From a virus: DNA of 64,000 nt. Location: the IMG/VR virus record IMGVR_UViG_3300035698_016830, positions 29,237 to 93,236 of that record; one strand, written 5' to 3'. Below the pieces are notes generated by a model, which was not told where the DNA came from, made no database searches, and saw only the letters and a program-made list of their open reading frames with translations. Positions 34,267 through 41,721 of the stretch are shown here, in pieces (within the stretch, counting starts at the first letter, position 1; every line of letters begins with the position of its first letter). The translations under genes were made by a program, and so were the position numbers.

Positions 34267-34389
34267 TTCTCTGAGGTTTGGCTAATAACCGATATAACCA
34301 GGTCTTAAATGTAAAATTGCTGGCAGAGCCGATAAAGCTCCTTCTCAGGAATTGCAGGATTACTGTTGGTGGGAATCCAATCAGAGGAC
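34267..34389 (+). ncRNA. tRNA-like element with enlarged central (anticodon) region
   Basis: TTCTCTG/CAGAGGA acceptor-like stem, GGTT/AACC D-like hairpin, GTTGG-TGGGAAT-CCAAT T-like arm. Confidence 0.35.
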
Positions 34390-34479
34390 TTCTATAATAG
34401 TGAACTTGATTGATCTTGGAATTCCTTGGTGTCAGAATAATGCTAGCTTAAATACAGTGTAGGCTTCAAGATCAGTTAC

Positions 34480-34552
34480 GCACCCATACCTCAATCGATA
34501 GAGGACTCCCCTTATAAGGGAGCAGTTCTTGGTTCGAGTCCAAGTGGGTGTA
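34480..34552 (+). tRNA. tRNA-Ile(UAU), no encoded CCA
   Basis: GCACCCA/TGGGTGT acceptor; CCTC/GAGG D arm; CTCCC-cTTATaa-GGGAG anticodon arm; CTTGG-TTCGAGT-CCAAG T arm. Confidence 0.9.
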
Positions 34553-34648
34553 TTTGGCTATGATGGCCAAGTCAATTGCTGTAAAGCAAGAATGTTGTAA
34601 GTCGACGCGGCATCCATCAGCTATTTTTACAAAAGGAAAGGAAATAAG

Positions 34649-34948
34649 ATGAAATACATAGACAAAAAAGTAAAAGACGTGACAAAGGTTGGCTCAGTGC
34701 CATGGAAAGCCTTCCATTTTGAAAGTAATCAGGCTTTTGGTTTTTGTGAGACATCGAAGAAATGGAGAGAACTTAAAGCTGCTTATATTGAGGCTTATGG
34801 TGAGTTTGATGCATCAAAAGTGAAACAAGCAACGTATGGAAAAGAAGGCCACCATTCAGAGTTTTCTGATAATTTTGGTCAGCGAACTGAGCATCAAGGA
34901 GATTATACATTGGCTGATTTTGCAAATGACAATGGTATGATACTTTAG
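34649..34948 (+). CDS. Hypothetical protein
   Basis: GAAAGGA leader. Confidence 0.55.
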   Translation: MKYIDKKVKDVTKVGSVPWKAFHFESNQAFGFCETSKKWRELKAAYIEAYGEFDASKVKQATYGKEGHHSEFSDNFGQRTEHQGDYTLADFANDNGMIL

Positions 34949-34971
34949 TAAGAAGGGAGATAAGAAATAAA

Positions 34972-35166
34972 ATGGCTAGGTATAACATAGAGCTTCAGGA
35001 TTACCTTAATGGGCAGAAGATAGGTCCGCTGAGGAAGATGGAAGTGCAGGTGAATAGGGTTCCTCGCATTGGTGAATGTACGCAGCGAGGTGATACAATC
35101 ACAGAAATCGTCAATGTTGAAGTCATTGAGGAAGTAGAGCTAAAGGAAACAACAATAAAAGCATGA
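34972..35166 (+). CDS. Hypothetical protein
   Basis: ORF with AAGGGAG SD. Confidence 0.5.
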   Translation: MARYNIELQDYLNGQKIGPLRKMEVQVNRVPRIGECTQRGDTITEIVNVEVIEEVELKETTIKA

Positions 35167-35281
35167 AGTGGTTAAGAAGAATATTTAAATGGATTAAGAT
35201 TACACCTGAGCATGAGGAGTTTTGTCCTCATTGTGGTTATTACTGTACTGGCAAAACAATACATTGTACAAAAGGATTGAA

Positions 35282-35470
35282 ATGAGTAAAGGAAGTGAAT
35301 CAGATTTTAATATTTGGCGAGTGAATAAGCAGAAACAGCCTAACACCGATTTTAAGAAAGAACACCTTGGTGATTGGTCGCTAGAATTACAAAAATTTAG
35401 AATAAAGGAACCATTGAAGAAAAAGCGTTGGTGGCCTCATGGCGTAGTAAGGTTAAAGATCAAATTGTAA
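35282..35470 (+). CDS. Hypothetical protein
   Basis: ATG after AAAGGA. Confidence 0.45.
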   Translation: MSKGSESDFNIWRVNKQKQPNTDFKKEHLGDWSLELQKFRIKEPLKKKRWWPHGVVRLKIKL

Positions 35471-35471
35471 A

Positions 35472-35924
35472 ATGAGAAAATTCAAACCATTTCAAATAAG
35501 GTGGAAAGAAGCTTTAGGCAAAGCAGAATGCCCATACCTTTATAGATGGACCTTTATTTTTTTCAATTACACTGTTAGAATACATCATTGGATCAGATCA
35601 GATGATAATAGGTATTTTCATGATCATGCTTGCAATCTTATTTCAATTATACTAAAAGGAAGGTATCATAATGTAGTGCCTTTGGATGATAATAATCCAG
35701 ATGTTACTAATTGCAGGAAGATTGAAGCTAGGGCTTGGAGACCTTGGTACGCAAAAGCAACAGCGAAGCATTATTTGCAAATACCTAAAGAAGGAGCATG
35801 GACTTTACTTTTGCAAGGACGACCATATCATAAATGGGGCTTCTACGTGAATAGCCATAAATGGAGACCATTAAGATATTTTAGTAAATTTGGAGTGATA
35901 CAAGATGAAAACTACAGCGGGTAG
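35472..35924 (+). CDS. Cupin-like phage protein
   Basis: RIHHW..DD..FHDH...H....WTL....KWGF. Confidence 0.55.
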   Translation: MRKFKPFQIRWKEALGKAECPYLYRWTFIFFNYTVRIHHWIRSDDNRYFHDHACNLISIILKGRYHNVVPLDDNNPDVTNCRKIEARAWRPWYAKATAKHYLQIPKEGAWTLLLQGRPYHKWGFYVNSHKWRPLRYFSKFGVIQDENYSG

Positions 35925-36047
35925 CTCAGCGGTAGAGCGTCCATTTAGTTCGTGTTGGTTGTGTACAGGCCATATCGAGCGAACATGTGGAAGGTCGGTA
36001 AAGAGAGTTTGTTGGTCCAATCTTTGGTTCGATTCCACCCCTGCTGA
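35915..36047 (+). tRNA. tRNA-shaped gene with a 35-nt expansion of the anticodon loop and a 26-nt insertion in the T stem; identity unassignable
   Basis: CAGCGGG/CCTGCTG acceptor; canonical TAGCTCAGCGGTAGAGC D arm; TCCAT/GTGGA stem; AGGTC; GGT[26 nt]GG-TTCGATT-CCACC. Confidence 0.75.
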
Positions 36048-36083
36048 TTAGAAAAGTTCTTTATAATTATTTAGGAACAGCAT

Positions 36084-37457
36084 GTGAGTACAACTTTTGA
36101 GGCATTAGCTACAACAGTCACCAAGCCAGCTAAAGAAGTAGAAAGTAAGGCTCTGTGGCTTAAGACGAATCCCGTTCTGTCTGAGGATAGAACCCTAATT
36201 AGAGGAGGGATGTGGCATCACCAGAGAGCTTTCTGGACGCTCCCTAACTTCATTAAAGGTCTTGTTGGGGGTTATGGAAGCGGCAAGACTAATGTTGGCT
36301 CTAAGAGGGTCATAGCGTCCGCTCTAACCAACGCCCCTGCCCCTGTAGCTGTTATCAGTCCTACTTATAAGGTAGCTAGAGAAACCACTATATTGACGAT
36401 CTGCGAGCTTTTAGCAGGTAAGCAAACAATCTTTGGAAGAAGTGAATTATGGTGGAAGTTTAACAAAACTGCTCATGAATTTAAAATTCGTTTTAGAGGA
36501 CGGGAAGCTAGAATACTTATTTATTCAGGTGATAACCCTCTTGGTCTTCGTGGGCCTAACTTAGCTGCTGCGTGGATTGATGAACCGTTTATCCAAGACA
36601 GAGAAGTGTTTATGCAAATGATCGCCCGTGTTAGACATCCTGAGGCTGTTTTAAGTGAAATTTTATTGACTGGAACTCCAGAAAGTTTAAATTTCGGTTA
36701 TGAAATTTGTGAAGGTGATGAAAAAGAAAACTATGATATTGGATATATTACTGCTAGCACAAGAGCAAATAAAGTATTATTACCAGGCTATGTAGAGAGA
36801 TTGGAAGAAGCTTACACAACTAAAGCTGCTGAGGCCTATATTGATGGTGGCTTTGTAAACATGTCTGAAGGTATGGTGTTCTATGCTTTCAATCGGTTTG
36901 AGCATTGCCAAGAATTAGAGATACCAGAGGGGATACAATTGGGTTGTGGTATGGACTTCAATGTTAATCCTATGGCTATGATTGTTTTTTGGCGTGCTGG
37001 TAATCATATGCATTTCGTAAAAGAGTACCAATTACCTAATGCGGACACAGAATTTGCTTGTGAGGTACTTAGGGAAGAATGGGGAGATCGTCTTACAACT
37101 ATATATCCTGATGCTACTGGGGATGCAAGAAAAACTGCTGCTCCTGGCGGTAAGACAGATTTCTATTACATTCGTAAAGCCGGGTTTGATATTCAAGCTA
37201 AATCCACAAATCCAAAACGTAGAGATTCTTACAATGCTGTGAATGGTAAGTTTAAACCTAAGAATGGTGAATTCAGTTTATCAATAAGTAAAACAGGCTG
37301 TAAGAAGTTGAAAGGTTTCCTACTTCAGTATAGTTATGAGTTGATGAATAAGCAGGAAAAGATGAGCCATCTACTTGATGCGTTCCGATATCCTGTGACT
37401 TATTTGTTCCCAGTTGATGGCGATATGGCCAGAACAGCACGTCTTACAGGATTTTAA
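36084..37457 (+). CDS. terL: Terminase large subunit
   Basis: GGYGSGKT, LRGPNL..WIDEP, LTGTPE, GMDFNVNPM, PDATG and HLLDAFRY. Confidence 0.93.
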   Translation: MSTTFEALATTVTKPAKEVESKALWLKTNPVLSEDRTLIRGGMWHHQRAFWTLPNFIKGLVGGYGSGKTNVGSKRVIASALTNAPAPVAVISPTYKVARETTILTICELLAGKQTIFGRSELWWKFNKTAHEFKIRFRGREARILIYSGDNPLGLRGPNLAAAWIDEPFIQDREVFMQMIARVRHPEAVLSEILLTGTPESLNFGYEICEGDEKENYDIGYITASTRANKVLLPGYVERLEEAYTTKAAEAYIDGGFVNMSEGMVFYAFNRFEHCQELEIPEGIQLGCGMDFNVNPMAMIVFWRAGNHMHFVKEYQLPNADTEFACEVLREEWGDRLTTIYPDATGDARKTAAPGGKTDFYYIRKAGFDIQAKSTNPKRRDSYNAVNGKFKPKNGEFSLSISKTGCKKLKGFLLQYSYELMNKQEKMSHLLDAFRYPVTYLFPVDGDMARTARLTGF

Positions 37458-37477
37458 TTAGAAGGAGTTAGAATAAG

Positions 37478-37669
37478 ATGAAACGTAGAAATTTTTTAAA
37501 AAGTGTGCTTGGTGGAGTTTTAGTTCCTGTAGTAGTAAAAGCATAGCCAGTACCAGTAGTAGGAGAATTGAAAGAGTATCCAAAGAACAGACCTGTTGAG
37601 GATGTTGGCCTGTTGGTAGGGGGGACTACTGGCCCCTATGTTTTGAAAGACTATAATGGTGCAGAATAA
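37478..37669 (+). pseudogene. Small twin-arginine-motif protein interrupted by an in-frame TAG (37544)
   Basis: MKRRNFLKSVLGG...KA*PVPVV... stays open to TAA 37667; AAGGAG SD. Confidence 0.45.
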
Positions 37670-37867
37670 AAGTATTATATACATTTTGCTCATGAGGTAG
37701 GTGGCAAAGATTCTTTGCGTGTATCAATGGTGGTTCAAGGGAATTTATAGTGCATAAGATAAGTAACATCATAAGGTTGGCTAAAATAAATAAAAACCTT
37801 TATACTTAACATAATTTCACTATAATAAAATAGAAAAATACCAGTTTTAGATTCAAGGAGTTTTTAT

Positions 37868-39319
37868 ATGCCAGTTACTGATACCCATCCAGACTATGAT
37901 TTATTCTACCCATTATGGCGGAAGTGCAGACTAGCTATTGAAGGTGAAGACGCTGTAAAGGGTGCAGGTACCTTTATTCTACCAAAAATGGGTGGCATGG
38001 ATACGACTGAGTATAATGCTTATAAAGAGCGTGCCATGTTCTTCACGGCTACCTATAGAACGGTTAAGGGGCTTGCTGGTACGGTGATGCGTAAGCCGCT
38101 AACGTATGAAGGCATAAAAGAAGATGATGAGATTTTGAAAAAGGCTGGGGTGAATGGCGAGTCTTTTAATAGCATTGCATATAAAGGAACTGAAGAAAAC
38201 CTAGGAGTAGGTAGGGTTGGTTTTCTAGTTGATGCTCGTGAGGGGTCACAAGAGCCTTATGTAGCCACATACAAAACAGAGGATATTACTAATTGGCGTT
38301 ATGCTGATATTGATGGGCGCAAAAAACTAATAATGGTAACTTTGAGGGAGGAGTACGAGCAATATGATGAGGATGATTACTTTAAAGTAGAAAAGAAAAC
38401 ACAATATCGAGTATTAAAACTTATGCGTCCAGGAACTTCTAAAGATGAGGATGCAGTGGAAATACCTTCTGCTATTGGTGAGACAGGATTAGTTTATGTC
38501 CAGGAAGTTTGGCGAGAATCTACGGGTGAAGATAAAGTAGCGACTTGGGAAGTAGCTTCGATAACGTATCCCACTATGGCCGGTAATAGACCTATAGATT
38601 TCATTCCCTTTGAAATAGTGGTAGCTGATCCAGCGTCTACGGAGCTTGATAAAAGTCCTGTGCTTGATCTTACCAATATTAATATGAGCCATTATAAGAC
38701 TTCTGCTGATCTTGAGCATGGGAGGCATTTTACTGCTTTGCCAACTCCTTGGACAGCGGGCTTTGAAGCACCAAAAAATGGTAAGTTGCAAATAGGTGGT
38801 TCTACTGCTTGGATATCTGATAACGCTCAAGCAAAAGCGGGCTATCTTGAGTTTTCTGGTGAGGGATTAGGGAGCCTTGAAAGGGCGCTAACTGAGAAAG
38901 AAAAATTAATGTCTGTTTTGGGGGCTCGTCTACTTGAGCAGCAAACGTTAGATAGTGAGGCAGCTGAAACAGTAAAATTAAGGCATCAAGGTGAAGGAAG
39001 TGTTTTACTATCTATCGCTCTTTCAGTGCAAGGTGGTATGAATACGATACTTAATTGGATGCTGCTTTGGAAGTCAGAGGCTAAAGAAGCTGTGGTTTCC
39101 ATTAATAAAGATTTCAATGTGGTCCATATTGATCCTACTATGGTACAGCAATTGATGTTGGCTTTACAAACTAATTCTATAAGTTGGAATACTTGGTTTT
39201 ATAATTTGAAGAAGGGTGAGGTAATACCACCTGATATAACTGCGGAAGATGAAATGAGCCTTATTGAAAGCAATCCAAATAACCTTGGTATTGGTGGAAT
39301 TGAAGAAGACGAATTATGA
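37868..39319 (+). CDS. Portal protein (DUF4055-type)
   Basis: HPDY..W, YKERAMFF, GRVGFLVD, PVLDLTNINMSHY..SAD..H...P; follows TerL. Confidence 0.88.
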   Translation: MPVTDTHPDYDLFYPLWRKCRLAIEGEDAVKGAGTFILPKMGGMDTTEYNAYKERAMFFTATYRTVKGLAGTVMRKPLTYEGIKEDDEILKKAGVNGESFNSIAYKGTEENLGVGRVGFLVDAREGSQEPYVATYKTEDITNWRYADIDGRKKLIMVTLREEYEQYDEDDYFKVEKKTQYRVLKLMRPGTSKDEDAVEIPSAIGETGLVYVQEVWRESTGEDKVATWEVASITYPTMAGNRPIDFIPFEIVVADPASTELDKSPVLDLTNINMSHYKTSADLEHGRHFTALPTPWTAGFEAPKNGKLQIGGSTAWISDNAQAKAGYLEFSGEGLGSLERALTEKEKLMSVLGARLLEQQTLDSEAAETVKLRHQGEGSVLLSIALSVQGGMNTILNWMLLWKSEAKEAVVSINKDFNVVHIDPTMVQQLMLALQTNSISWNTWFYNLKKGEVIPPDITAEDEMSLIESNPNNLGIGGIEEDEL

Positions 39320-39498
39320 GATTAACAAAATGGTTTTTAGATTTATTTATAGGCAGAAATGATCCTGTTTATTACTGCAAAGTGTATAAAGATATGGGAT
39401 GTGCTGATGTAGATGGGTTTTTATGTGATATGAAAACTTGCATTATTCTCAAAGAATATAAAGAGATGTTGGAAGGAACTGAAGAAGAAAATGTATAG
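39316..39498 (+). CDS. Small hypothetical protein
   Basis: ATGA-type overlap; Cys pattern. Confidence 0.45.
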   Translation: MRLTKWFLDLFIGRNDPVYYCKVYKDMGCADVDGFLCDMKTCIILKEYKEMLEGTEEENV

Positions 39499-39695
39499 TT
39501 AACTATTAAGGGCTTTATTATGTTAGATGTAAAGAAACAGGCTAAATTAGAACAAGAGATAGCAGAGGGATCAGAGTTTCTACCTCGTATATGGCGTGGC
39601 TTATTTAATGGGTGTATAAAAGAAAAGTTCACAGAGCAGCAAGCTATGGAGTTGGTAAAAACTTATATCATAGCAAAGTAAAAGGGCTGAAAACT

Positions 39696-40136
39696 ATGAA
39701 AGCAATAATATTTGATATTGATGGAACATTGTCCTTGGTTGGTGAACGAGCTAAGTATCTTCAACAATCACCAAAGGATTGGGATGCTTTCTACGAAGCC
39801 TGTTATCAGGATGAATCTAATAAGCCTATCGTGGCTTTGTATAAGAATCTTTATTGTGTTAGAGAAATATATAAGACTAAATTTATTTTACTTACTGGAA
39901 GGCGAGAAAATACTAGGGATATGACTAACGAGTGGTTGTGGTTTCATAAAATAGGCTATGATATGCTCTTGATGCGACCTGATGGTGATTTTAGACCCGA
40001 TACAGAAGTGAAACCAGAGCTTATCAAGGGTCTTGGAATTATAGACCCTATAATTTTCGAAGATAGAAATAGCATGGTACAGAAATGGCGTAGTATGGGG
40101 CATACCTGCGTACAAGTGGCTGACGGGAATTTTTAA
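39696..40136 (+). CDS. HAD phosphatase resembling the polynucleotide kinase 3'-phosphatase domain
   Basis: IIFDIDGTL, LLTGR, FEDR..V..WR..G..C.QVADGNF. Confidence 0.82.
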   Translation: MKAIIFDIDGTLSLVGERAKYLQQSPKDWDAFYEACYQDESNKPIVALYKNLYCVREIYKTKFILLTGRRENTRDMTNEWLWFHKIGYDMLLMRPDGDFRPDTEVKPELIKGLGIIDPIIFEDRNSMVQKWRSMGHTCVQVADGNF

Positions 40137-40151
40137 AAGAGGCTGAAGACT

Positions 40152-40793
40152 ATGGAAATAATCAAGCAATCTTGTGAATTTCTAGATATGACAAAGGACG
40201 TTCTGCGTACTATTGAAAAGGCGGGAAGAACTTGTTATAAAAGCGAGGGTATGATAACAGAAGGGTCCTCCATTGAATTTGTAAGAAAGTTGATTAAGCG
40301 TGGACATGAAGCTATGATCGAGCATGCCTACGCTTCCTATCGATTTATAACAGATCGTGGTGTTACTCATGAGATTGTTCGTCATAGATTATTTTCTTTC
40401 GCTCAGGAAAGTACGCGTTATTGCAATTATTCTGGTGGTGTAACATTTATACGCCCTTTTTGGATTGCTTGTAATTTAGGTGAGTATGGTAAAGATAATT
40501 TGACTTATTTTGGTAAAGATCCTGATCAATATTGGTTTGTAAGTATGGCCCACGCCGAAGAGTCATATATTAAGCTATTAGATCTTGCATGGACTCCTCA
40601 GCAAGCAAGATCAGTATTACCAAATGGCTTAAAAACTGAAATAGTAGTGACAGGTAATTTTCGTGAGTGGAGGCATTTCTTTAAACTGAGGACAGCTAAA
40701 ACAGCTCATCCACAAATGAGGGAAATTGCAATTGAGTGTTTTAAAGATTTTCAAACAAGGTGCCCTGTTATTGTTGAGGATATAGAGATATGA
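40152..40793 (+). CDS. thyX: FAD-dependent thymidylate synthase
   Basis: GHEAMIEH, RGVTHEIVRHR.FSFAQESTRY, NFREWRHF.KLR..AHPQMR. Confidence 0.95.
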   Translation: MEIIKQSCEFLDMTKDVLRTIEKAGRTCYKSEGMITEGSSIEFVRKLIKRGHEAMIEHAYASYRFITDRGVTHEIVRHRLFSFAQESTRYCNYSGGVTFIRPFWIACNLGEYGKDNLTYFGKDPDQYWFVSMAHAEESYIKLLDLAWTPQQARSVLPNGLKTEIVVTGNFREWRHFFKLRTAKTAHPQMREIAIECFKDFQTRCPVIVEDIEI

Positions 40794-41221
40794 AAACTAC
40801 AAGAAGAAAGTTTATGCTTGGGCTTGCTGGTTTAGGTACAGTAGTAGTTTCTGGTGAAGTATTGGGGGCTGAAAAAGAATTTATTAATGATAAGATAAAA
40901 ATCCACTGTAAAAGGATAAGGAATAATTGTCAGCACTTTATAAATTTTGAAGTTGAGGTAGAGGCTAATAATTTAGAAGTTGGGGAGTATTTCTATATTC
41001 AGCCTAACAATGATTGGAAGTCTCATTTGTTTAAAGTTATCTGTTTGGAGTACCAGGATGGTACAGAGCAAATTGAAACTTCTCAAAATCATGAAGAGGT
41101 CGAACTTTCTAAAAAGAATCGTACTACGGATTTGAATAGATTTTTTGATGTATATAGTAAGAAATATATAAGTGCTGAGATAGTAAAAGCAAAAGAAGAG
41201 TATCGTTTTTGGTCAATATAA
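40790..41221 (+). CDS. Hypothetical protein with twin-arginine-like signal
   Basis: MKTTRRKFMLGLAGLG. Confidence 0.5.
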   Translation: MKTTRRKFMLGLAGLGTVVVSGEVLGAEKEFINDKIKIHCKRIRNNCQHFINFEVEVEANNLEVGEYFYIQPNNDWKSHLFKVICLEYQDGTEQIETSQNHEEVELSKKNRTTDLNRFFDVYSKKYISAEIVKAKEEYRFWSI

Positions 41222-41241
41222 GATAACTAAGGTTTAAAACT

Positions 41242-41523
41242 ATGAACAGAAGAAAGTTTTTCAGAAATATATTACCAGCAATACTACTTCCATCAGCAGT
41301 TAAAGCAGTAAAGCCAGAACCAGGGAAAGCAGAACCAGCTTATAGAATTAAGTTACAGGTTGTTGGTTCCGTTGCAGAAGTGACTATTGAAGGATCTAAT
41401 TTGCAGGGGAAAGAATTAGAAGCTGTAGAATGCATGCTACGCAGAGCGAGAAGGCAGATAAGAGATAATGTCTATATGATACATAGTACGGAGATTGCAA
41501 TTGAAAAAGAGATTAAGCGGTAA
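41242..41523 (+). CDS. Hypothetical protein with twin-arginine-like signal
   Basis: MNRRKFFRNILPA. Confidence 0.5.
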   Translation: MNRRKFFRNILPAILLPSAVKAVKPEPGKAEPAYRIKLQVVGSVAEVTIEGSNLQGKELEAVECMLRRARRQIRDNVYMIHSTEIAIEKEIKR

Positions 41524-41529
41524 ATATAG

Positions 41530-41715
41530 ATGCCAAGAAACATACATCGTGGTGAGTGCCTTGTTGAAATAAAGGCAGGCCCTAATCTTGTTCTGCTAAC
41601 TGAACTAATTACCAAACTTACAGAAGTTTGTGAAATGATACCAGAATGGCAACAATATGAAGCAGGTCCAATACTAAAAGAAATGGAAGTTATAATTCAA
41701 AAGATGTTTAGGTAA
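41530..41715 (+). CDS. Small hypothetical protein
   Basis: ORF only. Confidence 0.4.
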   Translation: MPRNIHRGECLVEIKAGPNLVLLTELITKLTEVCEMIPEWQQYEAGPILKEMEVIIQKMFR

Positions 41716-41721
41716 ATACAA

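Noticed and set aside
34553-34625. Possible degenerate tRNA-Tyr (CTGTAAA loop; TGATGG/CCATCA stem)
   Set aside because: No recognisable T-loop or D-arm consensus and the anticodon stem is mis-registered; too weak to call.
35945-36025. Archaeal-type BHB introns or group I introns in the odd tRNA
   Set aside because: I could not draw a 3-4-3 bulge-helix-bulge at either junction, and both inserts are far too short for group I introns.
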